Of a stretch of 64,000 nucleotides of DNA, positions 1-12,349 are shown piece by piece. The DNA lies in assembly GCA_002269645.1 (NCBI GenBank), contig NIVC01001829.1, positions 169,104-233,103 on the forward strand. Reading direction: 5' to 3'. A program made the translations under genes and the position numbers. The stretch is from Macrostomum lignano (lineage: Eukaryota). How positions within the stretch are numbered: position 1 is the first letter of the stretch; every line of letters begins with the position of its first letter. The notes below the pieces were generated by a model. That model did no database searches and was not told the DNA's origin. It saw only the letters and a list, made by a program, of their open reading frames with translations.

Positions 1-152
1 GCTACAGAGGGTGAGACAAAGAGGCTACAGAGGATGAGATAAAGAGGCTACAGAGGGTGAGATAAAGAGGCTACAGAGGGTGAGATAAAAAGGCAACAGA
101 GGGTGACATAAAAAGGCTACAGAGGGGGAGATACGCTCGTAATGAGGCTACA
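1..152. repeat. 23-bp minisatellite (GCTACAGAGGGTGAGATAAAGAG), truncated by window edge
   Basis: GCTACAG recurs at positions 1, 24 and 47. Confidence 0.9.
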
Positions 153-1124
153 GAGGTTGAGACAGTATACAGAGGTTTTAGTAGTTTTAGAGAGAAAAAT
201 GAAGATGTGAATTGGACTGAGAAGAGAACCGGTGAACGTGATGACAATCAGGAGTCGCATACATAATACACCTTATGGTGAAATGCTACACATTAGTCCG
301 CTTGGAGTAAAGTATGCTGCAGGCGTGCAAAACCGAAGCTCAGCTTCCTGATTGAGACAATTATCTACGGCCTGCTTGCTCTCTTAATACAAGGCCTGCA
401 TGCGGTATGAGTTATTATATACAGGCGATATCCTTGTAGAAGCCTCGCAGAGGAAGTGTGACCAGGGGAAATTTTTAATCTATTATCAGCAGTGTCTTTC
501 AATCCCGTGGTACGTTAATTCCGCCGACTCAATTCCCCCTAGATGATGAGCGCTGAGCATGCAGTGGGCAGGGAAGCGGAGGCCTCGCCATTTCCGTTCA
601 TCCTTTTCTTATCTAATCCCAGGGCGTGTCGTTAATCTAATGCAGTTTCCTTGTTGCTGTGCTCACATCTTACGCGTATTACGTATCTACGAGCGTAGCT
701 CTACATACATAAAGTAAATTTAGTAGAACTTGTATAACTTCAGAAGCTTCGATCAGACTATGGACTTTTTCGTTTAGTGTTTCGACAAAACTCTTGCACA
801 ATAAATAAGCAATCAAATTGCTCACAGTATACACTGACTGGCACAATCACATTAATTCTGTTCATCTGAAAGCAGTCTAATTATTACATGTATTTATAGC
901 TATTCAAGTACACGCACGCCAACTTTAGTACTAAGGTACATACTGATTTTCAATAACGAACTTGACTAAAGCAAATTTGCAACTACGCTAGAAGTATCTG
1001 ATACACGTAGGTTGTAAGCTGTAATAACGTGCATGCAAATTATATAAATACAACATAAAGTTGTAGAGTGTACACGTTGTACACACACGCTTCTCAAAAA
1101 CCAACCCCACACCAACCCTCGGCA

Positions 1125-1545
1125 TCATGAGCCCTCTCACAAGCCCCTCAATGGCCAAACCCCCACGGCCCTCTCCAACAGCCAATGTACACACGCTCCT
1201 CAATGGCCAAACCCCCACCCCTCTCCAACAGCCAATGTACACACGCCCCTCAATGGCCAAATCCCCACCCCTCTCCAACAGCCAATGTACACACGCCCCT
1301 CAATGGCCAAACCCCCACGGCCCTCTCCAACAGCCAATGTACACACGCCCCTCAGTAGCCAAACCCCCATCCCTCTCAACAGCCAATGTACACACGCCCC
1401 TCAGTGGCCAAACCCCCACCCCTCTCCAACAGCCAATGTACACACGCCCCTCAGTGGCCAAACCCCCACCCCTCTCCAACAGCCAATGTACACCCGATCC
1501 TCGGTGACCAACCCTCACCCTCTCACAGCCAATGTACACACGCCT
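1125..1545. repeat. ~50-bp minisatellite
   Basis: CAATGGCCAA recurs at 1201, 1251 and 1301. This array explains the repetitive ORFs at 988-1653. Confidence 0.9.
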
Positions 1546-1903
1546 CTATTTAATTTAAATAAAATCAGAAAAATACACAAAGATGTACATATAGGGCGCT
1601 TTTTGTCACAAAAAATGAAACTAACATGCATTAGGAGTAGCAAAATGATTTGAACACACAATACAGAAAGAGAGCTATATGATGGTGACCATTACTACAG
1701 TGTATACGAGTTGAGTTGCATTAAGTTAATTGGAAATATCTTGCCTGAATGAATGTTTTAAAAACGTAGAATTTATGCACATAGACAGCTGGAGCAGAAG
1801 GTCGCTCTACTCAATCTTCTTTAATCTTCTTCAATACGCTCTCTTTAATATTTTCCTTCTGCTCCATTTGTCGATAAATTGAGTGATCTATAGCTATGAT
1901 TTA

Positions 1904-4688
1904 TTAAAATCTGTCATAACTCAATTGGATAAAAGCGACAATAGTCAAACTAATTGCCAGGGTGAATTTCGACACTGAGTTTGATGCCGAGTCTAAGGTG
2001 ACGCCGTCATCGCCCGAGACCAGCGGGTTGGCACTGCTTCCCGTTGTTGCACCTTCGCCTGAGTTGACAGTTTTGTCGTTTTGTAGCGACACCACGTACT
2101 TCTGAAGAAGAGTGAGACGGAGGGAGTAAATTTTAATTGAATTAGAATACTTCTATAATCGGAGATATGTGTCACAGGGTCATAGAGGGTGAGTGTCTCA
2201 ATGTCATAGAGGGTGGGTGTCTCAGGGTTATAGAATGTGGGTGTCTCAGGGTCATAGAGGGTGGGTGTCTCAGGGTTATAGAATGTGGATGTCTCAGGGT
2301 CATAGAAGGTGGGTGTCTCAGAGTCATACAGGGTGGGTGTCTCAGAGTCATACAGGGTGGGTGTCTCAGGGTCATAGAGGCTGGGTGTCTGAGGGTCATA
2401 CAGGGTAGATGTCTCATGGTCATAGAGGGTGGGTGTCTCAGAGTCTTAGAGGGTGGGTGTCTCACGGTCATCGAGGGTGGGTGTCTCAGATTCATAGAGG
2501 GTGGGTGTCTGAGGGTCATACAGGGTAGATGTCTCATGGTCATAGAGGGTGGGTGTCTCAGAGTCTTAGAGGGTGGGTGTCTCACGGTCATCGAGGGTGG
2601 GTGTCTCAGATTCATAGAGGGTGGGTGTCTGAGGGTCATACAGGGTAGATGTCTCAGGGTCATCGAGGGTGGATGTCTCAGAGTCATACAGGGTGGGTGT
2701 CTCAGAGTCATAGAGGCTGGGTGTCTGAGGGTCATACAGGGTAGATGTCTCAGGGTCATCGAGGGTGGATGTCTCAGAGTCATACAGGGTGGGTGTCTCA
2801 GAGTCATAGAGGCTGGGTGTCTGAGGGTCATACAGGGTAGATGTCTCATGGTCATAGAGGGTGGGTGTCTCACGTTCACAGAGGGTGGGTGTCTCAGGGG
2901 CATAGAGGCTGGGTGGCTGAGGGTCATGGTAGATGTCTCATGGTCATAGAGGGTGGGTGTCTCAGGGTCATAGAGGGTGGGTGTCTCAGGGTCATAGAGG
3001 GTGGATGTCTCATGGTCATAGAGGGTGGGTGTCTCAGAGTCATAGAGGGTGGGTGTCTCAGGGGCATAGAGGCTGGGTGGCTGAGGGTCATGGTAGATGT
3101 CTCATGGTCATAGAGGGTGGGTGTCTCAGGGTCATAGAGGGTGGGTGTCTCAGGGTCATAGAGGGTGGATGTCTCAGGGGCATAGAGGGTGCTGATATTT
3201 AGATGGGGACAGCTGCATCATCTTGAGTGCGCCACCCAATAGCAAAATCACACAGCACAGTCCAGTCACCATGAACTTGTTCGAAGTGCAGAAGGCCGCA
3301 GTTGGCACTGAGATTTCCAGCAGTGGTTCGACCAGCTTCACCGCCTCTTCCCCGCACATCGAGCCGATTTCCTTAGCAACGCAGTCGACTAGGGATCTGT
3401 ACTGCCTGAAAGACGGGAAGCAATTTTTGCGCCCATAATAATTGCTAAGGGATTTCGGGACAATCGGCATTGTTATTTCAATGCTAATGGACTGTTACTA
3501 AATTACCAGCTACATACTGGTAGGTAGACTTTTATCTTTGCCTACACAGGTAGGGCTTCCTCTAGGGAGAATTGAAGATGCCAGACAAGGAGAGAGACTT
3601 TGTGACACGGATTTTGGGACACGAATCGTATATAAGAAAACAGCTGAAAGTCTAAGAACGGGGGCACTTTGTTCAGCTAGAAACAGAGCCAGCTAGCTAC
3701 CAGCAACACTGCATTGTCTTGGACAGGGCATTTAACCCCAACATACCAGTTAAGACTTTTGTAGCCTTACTAATCGTTTCATCTGGATAACTATTTTCAT
3801 CATTTTTCGCTATACAGAACTGAATTCTGGACTAAAAAAATTCTGAACCCAATGTCTTCTTAAAGCTCTTTATGCTGAAATAGAGGCACAGCGCTTTTTT
3901 AGTTTGTTCCCAGCAGTGGGTATTGCTAAAACCGTCCCCTTACCAGTTTTAAATCTGAATTATTTTACAATTTTCGCCAGAATCTTGTCTATGGCGCTAA
4001 AATCTTGTCTGTGGCGCTAAAATCTTGTCTGTGGCGCTAAAATCTTGTCTGTGGCGCTAAAATCTTGTCTGTGGCGCTAAAATCTTGTCTGTGGCGCTAA
4101 AATCTAGTCTGTGGCGCTAAAATCTTGTCTGTGGCGCTAAAATCTTGTCTGTGGCGCTAAAATCTTGACTGTGGCGCTAAAATCTTGTCTGTGGCGCTAA
4201 AATCTAGTCTGTGGCGCTAAAATCTTGTCTGTGGCGCTAAAATCTTGTCTGTGGCGCTAAAATCTAGTCTGTGGCGCTAAAATCTTGTCTGTGGCGCTAA
4301 AATCTAGTCTGTGGCGCTAAAATTCTGTCTGCAGCCCTGAATCTTCTACGGGACTATGATTGTTGCCGCTCTGGCGCTGACTTCTAAATCCAATTGCTTA
4401 AGTAATATGTCCTTGAAAGGGTCAAACAGAATGTCACACGCGCGTGCACACACTTACAAAATAGTTTGAATAACATCCCCTCCTATCGTAGTTTCCCCCC
4501 ACAAAACCATCAATCTATTTCAACGCCTTGGAGGGTTAAAGGTATTTTGGCCCTTATAAGACTGTTCGTCGTTGTCGAAGAATCCTTGGGTTGTCCTTGG
4601 GTCAGGTATGCGAACACCTCGCTTGCTTGCTTATTTAGCTATCTGCCTGGATGAAGCTAGGATGCTGGCATTAAAGAAGCGACAACAG

Positions 4689-4738
<50 letters not shown>

Positions 4739-7700
4739 CGCACGCAGACCGAGTGTGAGATAGTGAGAAAGGTGTCAAGCCAATTGACAGATAAGCGCGT
4801 GGACTTCCTAAAATCCTCGCCCCTTTAGCCCGTGGTGGTGCGCGAGGACTTCTAATTTAGCCAACTGGAATGGAAGAGCCTTCAGTCTGAATTTATAAAT
4901 TCTGCGAAATACAGTCCTACCAAATTCAATTAAAAGCATTGAAATGGTTACTGTAATAATTAAGTTAGGAGCATAATTTTACGAGACTTAATTATGAAGT
5001 TTCAGCGACTAGTATTCTGTAAATTAGTGTTGATTGACACATTCTTGCTGTAGTTTTTTCTCTCCTTATCTAACAAACCTCAACATTCTGCCAAGTCACC
5101 TTTGTTTTTCAAGGTTAGTCCCGGCACTTCTTGTTGGTGCTGCTTTTTTTGTATGCCTAATTAAAAAGGTTTGAGGTTGCAATAACTTTCATCAGAAAGT
5201 CTAGTTAAGTTAAGTTTAGTTTAGCGCCAATCTGACAGATAGTTTAGCGCCAATCTGACAAATAGTTTAGCGCCAATCTGACAGCTAGTTTAGCGCCAAT
5301 CTGACAGCTAGTTTAGCGCCAATCTGACAGCTAGTTTAGCGCCAAATTGACAGCTAGTTTAGCGCCAATCTGACAGCTAGTTTAGCGCCAATCTGACAGC
5401 TAGTTTAGCGCCAATCTGACAGATAGTTTAGCGCCAATCTGACAGATAGTTTAGCGCCAATCTGACAGATAGTTTAGCGCCAATCTGACAGATAGTTTAG
5501 CGCCAATCTGACAGATAGTTTAGCATCAATCTGACAGCTAGTTTAGCATCAATCTGACAGCTAGTTTAGCACCAATCTGACAGCTAGTTTAGCGCCAATC
5601 TGACAGCTAGTTTAGCGCCAATCTGACAGATAGTTTAGCGCCAATCTGACAGATAGTTTAGCGCCAATCTGACAGATAGTTTAGCGCCAATCTGACAGAT
5701 AGTTTAGCGCCAATCTGACAGCTAGTTTAGCGCCAATCTGACAGCTAGTTTAGCGCCAATCTGACAGCTAGTTTAGCGCCAATCTGACAGCTAGTTTAGC
5801 GCCAATCTGACAGCTAGTTTAGCGCCAATCTGACAGCTAGTTTAGCGCCAATCTGACAGCTAGTTTAGCGCCAATCTGACAGATAGTTTAGCGCCAATCT
5901 GACAGCTAGTTTAGCGCCAAACTGACAATCTAACAACCTGAAAATCTGGCAACCTGACAACCTGACAACCTGACAATCTACCAACCTGACAACCTGACAA
6001 CATGACAACCTGACAGCCTGACAACCTGACAACCTGACAACCTGACAACCTGACAACCTTACAATCTGACAACCTGACAATCAATCACCTGCAGTCGTAG
6101 CCGCGCCTCAGAGCTGCTTGCTTGTCGGTGTTGAATCGAAATTTTTCGTAACAATCTGAAGTTCGCCTGCTTGCTGAGCGATAGCACAGGAACAGGGTCG
6201 GATAGTCTGAAATTGAAACGGAAAGTCTCATTCACCTTTTACTCCGAATCCGAAGTCCCAGTCCCAAAGTCCCAGAGTCCCAAAGTCCCAGAGTCCCAAA
6301 GTCCCAGAGTCCCAAAGTCCCAGAGTCCCAAAGTCCCAGAGTCCCAAAGTCCCAGAGTCCCAAAGTCCCAGAGTCCCAAAGTCCCAGAGTCCCAAAGTCC
6401 CAGAGTCCCAAAGTCCCAGAGTCCCAAAGTCCCAGAGTCCCAAAGTCCCAGAGTCCCAAAGTCCCAGAGTCCCAAAGTCCCAGAGTCCCAAAGTCCCAGA
6501 GTCCCAAAGTCCCAGAGTCCCAAAGTCCCAGAGTCCCAAAGTCCCAGAGTCCCAAAGTCCCAGAGTCCCAAAGTCCCAGAGTCCCAAAGTCCCAGAGTCC
6601 CAAAGTCCCAGAGTCCCAAAGTCCCAGAGTCCCAAAGTCCCAGAGTCCCAAAGTCCCAGAGTCCCAAAGTCCCAGAGTCCCAAAGTCCCAGAGTCCCAAA
6701 GTCCCAGAGTCCCAAAGTCCCAGAGTCCCAAAGTCCCAGAGTCCCAAAGTCCCAGAGTCCCAAAGTCCCAGAGTCCCAAAGTCCCAGAGTCCCAAAGTCC
6801 CAGAGTCCCAAAGTCCCAGAGTCCCAAAGTCCCAGAGTCCCAAAGTCCCAGAGTCCCAAAGTCCCAGAGTCCCAAAGTCCCAGAGTCCCAAAGTCCCAGA
6901 GTCCCAAAGTCCCAGAGTCCCAAAGTCCCAGAGTCCCAAAGTCCCAGAGTCCCAAAGTCCCAGAGTCCCAAAGTCCCAGAGTCACAAAGTCCCAGACTAC
7001 CAAACAAGTCGTGCATCGATCTACCGTTAAAAGCGCCGTTATAGCAAAAGTTCGCCAACGACATAAAGAAATAGTCTGTCGGCGGCGGCGTCGGTCGGAT
7101 TCGTCGACAAAAGCCGAGAGCATTGGTGTCGCAGGCCGAATAGTAGGTGATGATCCTGTGAGTGCGTTTGGGTGCAGATTTTTTCCTGTTTTTGAGTGAC
7201 GGTCAGCTATGGCTGATTGACAGAAATTTTCTCGATATTTTTACGCCACCTAACAGTAACATAAGCGCAATCGGACACATTGTCGGCGCCATCTGACCTT
7301 TATTTTAAGCGCTATCTGACACCAATTGTCGGCGCCGTATGACACCAATTGTCGGCGCCATCTGACACCAATTGTCGGCGCCGTATGACACCAATTGTCG
7401 GCGCTATCTGACATCAATTGTCTTCACCATCTGACAAAAATTTTCGGCGCCATCTGACACATATTGTCGGCGCCATCTGACCTTAATTTTAAGCGCTATC
7501 TGACACCAATTGTCGGCGGTATCTGACATCAATTGTCTTCGCCAACTGACACAAATTTTTGGCGCTATCTGAAACATATTGTCGGCGCCATCTGACTTTA
7601 ATTTTAAGCGCTATCTGACCCCAATTGTCGGCGCCGTATGACACCAATTGTCGGCGCTATCTGGCATCAATTGTCTTCACCATCTGACACAAATTTCGGC

Positions 7701-10700
7701 GCCATCTGACACATATTGTCGGCGCCATCTGACCTTAATTTTAAGCGCTATCTGACACCAATTGTCGGCGCCGTATGACACCAATTGTCGGCGCTATCTG
7801 ACATCAATTGTCTTCACCATCTGACACAAATTTTCGGCGCCATCTGACACATTGTCGGCGCTATCTGACACCAACTGTCGGCCCTTTAGGGTTTCATATC
7901 TCAGCATTAAAGGAGCGGGGTATTCAGAACTTTCCAATCGGGAAGTTCATATCGATGAGTCATAACACATTTTGATGGGCAGTTTAATTGAGCAAAATAG
8001 TTGACTAAAATACTTACACTCTGAAAATTCGATCCCTAATACTGACAATTATCTATCTATAATTAGCATCCCGCCAATTATGATGTATGAAAGCTAATTG
8101 TTCAATAATTTATATGAGAATATATAACTCACCTGCAGACTCTGCTAAGCTCTGTGGGCTGCATCACTCCGGTGTAAAATGCTCGACTTTGTGGCAGCCT
8201 GTTCACCAGCGAAGCATTGAGGCGGCTTTGGCATTCCTGCACCTTGAGCTCCTCTTCTTCTGGGCACACAGGCAGGGTCGGGGGGATTTTGCCTGGGGAA
8301 GAGATTGAGAGCAGTGCTCGGTTGATGCTGCTATCCTGTGTCTACTCATTCTCTACCCAATCTACTCCTGTGTCTACTCATTCTCTACCCAATCTACTCC
8401 TGTGTCTACTCATTCTCTACCCAATCTACTCCTGTGTCTACTCATTGTCTACCCAATCTACTCCTGTATCTACTCAATCCGCTTCAGTGTCTACTAATTG
8501 TCTACCCAATCTACCCCTGTGTCTACTCATTCTCTACCCAATCTATTCCTGTGGCTACTCATTCTCTACCCTATCTACTCCAGTGTCTAATCAATCTACT
8601 CATTGTCTACCTCTACTCTTCTACCCATTATCTAACTAATATCTCATTGTGTGCACCTTTATTCTAAATATTGAGATATTAATCATACACGAGCGTAGAA
8701 GAAGGGAAACCGCAAACATTCTACAAACTCAATAAAACGCAGTAAAACCTTCATACAAGTCTAATGCTGTAGCATTCCTTTCTACTCTATTTTTTTCACC
8801 AATACGAGAGTGAATTTACAAGCCACACAAGTGCTATTCACTCTATTCTGATTGCTACAGAATCCCACACATCCATCTGTGAAACCCTTAAGTGCTGGCT
8901 AGGTAGTATATACACTATACTCATAAATTTCTCTAACTGCAGCGTACCGTAAGGGGGTTCTGAATCCTCTCGCTTCGCTTAGTGAGTGGAAGTGGTCAAG
9001 CGTGAGTTTGCGATGGAGATTGGGATCATGTTTCTGCATGGATAAGTGCCTATTGGTGACTGCATGAGTTTAGTTGGCTTGGGGTTCGATAACTTGTAGG
9101 ATTTGAGCACTGAGTAGACTGCATAGAGAATTGGTAGATAGCAGTGCAGACGGGCAGATTAAGTAGATTTTAGGGTAGATTGGGTAGCTAATGGGTAAAA
9201 GCAGGGTAGGTCGGGTAAATAAAGGTAGATAGCATGTTAGATTAGATAGATACGAGTAGATAGCAGGGTAGATTAAGTAGATAATGGGTAGATAGCAGGG
9301 TAGGTTGGATTGATAATGGGTAGATAGCAGGGTAGATTGGTAGATAATGGGTAGATAGCAGGGTAGATTGGGTAGATAATGGGTAAATAGCAGGGTAGGT
9401 TGGATTGACAATGGGTAGATAGCAGGGTAGATTGGTAGATAATGGGTAGATAGCAGGGTAGATTGGGTAGATAATAGGTAGATAGCAGGGTAGGTTGGGT
9501 AGATAATGGGTAGATAGCAGGGTAGATTGGGTAGATAATGGGTAAATAGCAGGGTAGGTTGGATTGACAATGGGTAGATAGCAGGGTAGATTGGTAGATA
9601 ATGGGTAGATAGCAGGGTAGATTGGGTAGATAATAGGTAGATAGCAGGGTAGGTTGGGTAGATAATGGGTAGATAGCAGGGTAGATTGGTAGATAATGGG
9701 TAGATAGCAGGGTAGGTTGGATTGATAATGGGTAGATAGCAGGGTAGATTGGTAGATAATGGGTGGATAGCAGGGTAGATTGGGTAGATAATGGGTAGAT
9801 AGCAGGGTAGATTGTGCTGAGAATAATAGATGTTTGGGTAAAAATTCGTGAGTGTGATTGAGTGTGATTCTAGAAATGAGTATAATTTCCTATTCACAAC
9901 ATAATATTATATAATATTTCATATACTGTGGCGGAACCCAAACGCACATTACATATTTCTTAGAAGTTTCTGTCAGTTTGTAGCCCTGACCTAATTAACA
10001 CACCGGAGTTGGAAAGTCAAGAATCTGCAAGGTTGGGGAAAATTCTCCCTACAAAGTCATGCGGATCCCTCAGGCTTGGCTACGCTGTCTTTTCGCCCCC
10101 CCCCCCGGTGAAAGGTGTGTATCAACAAGTCTTGACCTGCGAACCCTGTGCTCCCGGACCCCCCGGGGCGTTTCTCTCGCTAATTAATTGTCCAGGCAAC
10201 TAACTACCTGTGGTTGGACTATGGTTGGCTGACTGCAGGCCGTAACTATAATAGCAGACAGACTGGTTGGTAATGGATCTGGATCTTCATATTGAGCGAT
10301 TTTTAGCCATACCTATAGGATATGCTTGGCACTAACCGTTGCATCAGGGTTGCAAATCTTTTTGACCCTTCCGAAAAAAATGGCTTTGATTTAGGTAACA
10401 CAGATCTTGGTGGACAGGTTAGCATGGGGGAATTGGTTGTAGTGGACAGGCTGGAGAGGACAGGCTGGAGAGGACAGGCTGGAGAGGACAGGCTGGAGAG
10501 GACAGGCTGGAGAGGACAGGCTGGAGAGGACAGGCTGGAGAGGACAGGCTGGAGAGGACAGGCTGGAGAGGACAGGCTGGAGAGGACAGGCTGGAGAGGA
10601 CAGGCTGGAGAGGACAGGCTGGAGAGGACAGGCTGGAGAGGACAGGCTGGAGAGGACAGGCTGGAGAGGACAGGCTGGAGAGGACAGGCTGGAGAGGACA

Positions 10701-12156
10701 GGCTGGAGAGGACAGGCTGGAGAGGACAGGCTGGAGAGGACAGGCTGGAGAGGACAGGCTGGAGAGGACAGGCTGGAGAGGACAGGCTGGAGAGGACAGG
10801 CTGGAGAGGACAGGCTGGAGAGGACAGGCTGGAGAGGACAGGCTGGAGAGGACAGGCTGGAGAGGACAGGCTGGAGAGGACAGGCTGGAGAGGACAGGCT
10901 GGAGAGGACAGGCTGGAGAGGACAGGCTGGAGAGGACAGGCTGGAGAGGACAGGCTGGAGAGGACAGGCTGGAGAGGACAGGCTGGAGAGGACAGGCTGG
11001 AGAGGACAGGCTAGAGAGGACAGGCTGGAGAGGACAGGCTGGAGAGGACGGGCTGGAGAGGACAGGCTGGAGAGGACAGGCTGGAGAGGACAGGCTGGAG
11101 AGGACAGGCTGGAGAGGACAGGCTGGAGAGGACAGGCTGGAGAGGACAGGCTGGAGAGGACAGGCTGTAGAGGACAGGCTGGAGAGGACAGGCTGGAGAG
11201 GACAGGCTGGAGAGGACAGGCTGGAGAGGACAGGCTGGAGAGGACAGGCTGGAGAGGACAGGCTGGAGAGGACAGGCTGGAGAGGACGGGCTGGAGAGGA
11301 CAGGCTGGAGAGAACAGGCTGGAGAGGACAGGCTGGAGAGGACAGGCTGTAGAGGACAGGCTGGAGAGGACAGGCTGGAGAGGACAGGCTGGAGAGGACA
11401 GGCTGGAGAGGACAGGCTGGAGAGGACAGGCTGGAGAGGACAGGCTGGAGAGGACAGGCTGGAGAGGACAGGCTGGAGAGGACAGGCTGGAGAGGACAGG
11501 CTGGAGAGGACAGGCTGCAGAGGACAGGCTGCAGAGGACAGGCCAGCAATGCCAAAAAACGCACAAAGTGCAGCCAATGTTAAAAAACTTTTCAACGTCA
11601 AACCCCCGAGTATCGTCCAGTTTTTTTGTCTTCTGTCAAAACTCTGACAGCATTTTGATTGTTCTCTTTGATCTTCTTTGAGCAGCGTTCCTGTCCCTCT
11701 ATTTCTGCTCTATTCGCTTAATTTGCTATTCTGTCCTGATGCCAGCAAGAAGTTTTATTTCATCTTGACGCATCGCAGCGGGAGGCTGTATAGCGCAATA
11801 TTTTATTCTATACCATTGAAGTTGAGACAGTAAAACCCGCGGGACCCCTGCGGCTGCGTGACAAGGAGAGAGAGAGAGACGATTAACTTGACAAGAAGAT
11901 ACCGCAAAGAGCGAACCTCGCTGTAACCATTTCTTTAGAATTTGAACTCAATTTTTAGCGAGCCAAAAAAGTCTTTCTTTTACACCTTACATGTGACAGG
12001 AGTTTCAATATATTAAGACAAGAAAGGCCAGAGAGGTTTTATATCGACGATGTAAAAAATATAAAATGGCAATAAAAGCAATAAAAGCTTTAGAAACTCA
12101 CCTTGTGCCAGCCGGCAGAGACAAAAGGCCATAACTGTTGCAAGACACTGCGCCAT
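1904..12156 (-). CDS. Secreted cysteine-rich protein (~265 aa) with probable GPI-anchor C-terminus; DUF19-like helical Cys pattern (family uncertain)
   Basis: Hand-built exons with GT-AG sites and consistent phases: 12156-12102 (MAQCLATVMAFCLCRLAQG, signal-like), 8292-8133 (KIPPTLPVCPEEEELKVQECQ...SRVCR), 7155-7025 (or 7001; IITYYSACDTNALGFC...FCYNGAFN), 6206-6089 (DYPTLFLCYRS...GYDCR), 3405-3270 (QYRSLVDCVAKEIGSMCGEEAVKL...FCTSNKFM) and 2101-1904 (S/G/T-rich stalk plus hydrophobic tail FTLAISLTIVAFIQL). The C..Y....C......CG..A spacing is typical of invertebrate Cys-rich helical domains. Confidence 0.7.
2167..3195. repeat. 24-bp minisatellite (GGGTGGGTGTCTCAGGGTCATAGA), intronic
   Basis: Visible tandem array; source of the GGCLRVIE ORFs. 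Confidence 0.95.
3985..4322. repeat. 20-bp minisatellite (AATCTTGTCTGTGGCGCTAA)
   Basis: Near-perfect tandem copies. Confidence 0.95.
4690..4733. repeat. (GA)n microsatellite
   Basis: Perfect dinucleotide run. Confidence 0.95.
5215..6080. repeat. 23-bp minisatellite (TAGTTTAGCGCCAATCTGACAGC) followed by 8-bp ACAACCTG array
   Basis: TTAGCGCC recurs at 5221 and 5244. The 8-bp array lies at ~5925-6080. Confidence 0.95.
6252..6996. repeat. 16-bp minisatellite (GTCCCAAAGTCCCAGA)
   Basis: Essentially perfect array; source of the SQSPKVPE/GTLGLWD ORFs. Confidence 0.97.
7275..7882. repeat. 23-bp minisatellite (GACACCAATTGTCGGCGCCATCT) with variant units
   Basis: ACCAATTG recurs at 7321 and 7344. 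Confidence 0.9.
8325..8640. repeat. 32-bp minisatellite (CTACTCCTGTGTCTACTCATTCTCTACCCAAT)
   Basis: TCTACTCATT recurs at 8341 and 8373. Confidence 0.9.
9170..9812. repeat. 31-32-bp G-rich minisatellite (GGGTAGATAGCAGGGTAGATTGGGTAGATAAT)
   Basis: Visible tandem array related to the 8325-8640 array in inverted orientation. Confidence 0.9.
10444..11543. repeat. 15-bp minisatellite (GGACAGGCTGGAGAG)
   Basis: Near-perfect array; source of the ACPLQPVLSSLSS ORFs. Confidence 0.97.
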
Positions 12157-12349
12157 GAAACGGTTAACTAGCAGGCGCATCACTGCAATTTAAAGTGCGT
12201 TTGCGAAACTTCCAAAGAGCTTCATTTTCTTATGCTTTTTGGCATCAAGAGCTTTGCTGTGCTTTTCTAGATTGTGGAATATTTACAGCGCCGAGTCAAA
12301 GGTAGCTCAAATGCCTCTGCATCTCGAGCTGTGTCTGCTGCTCTCTAAT

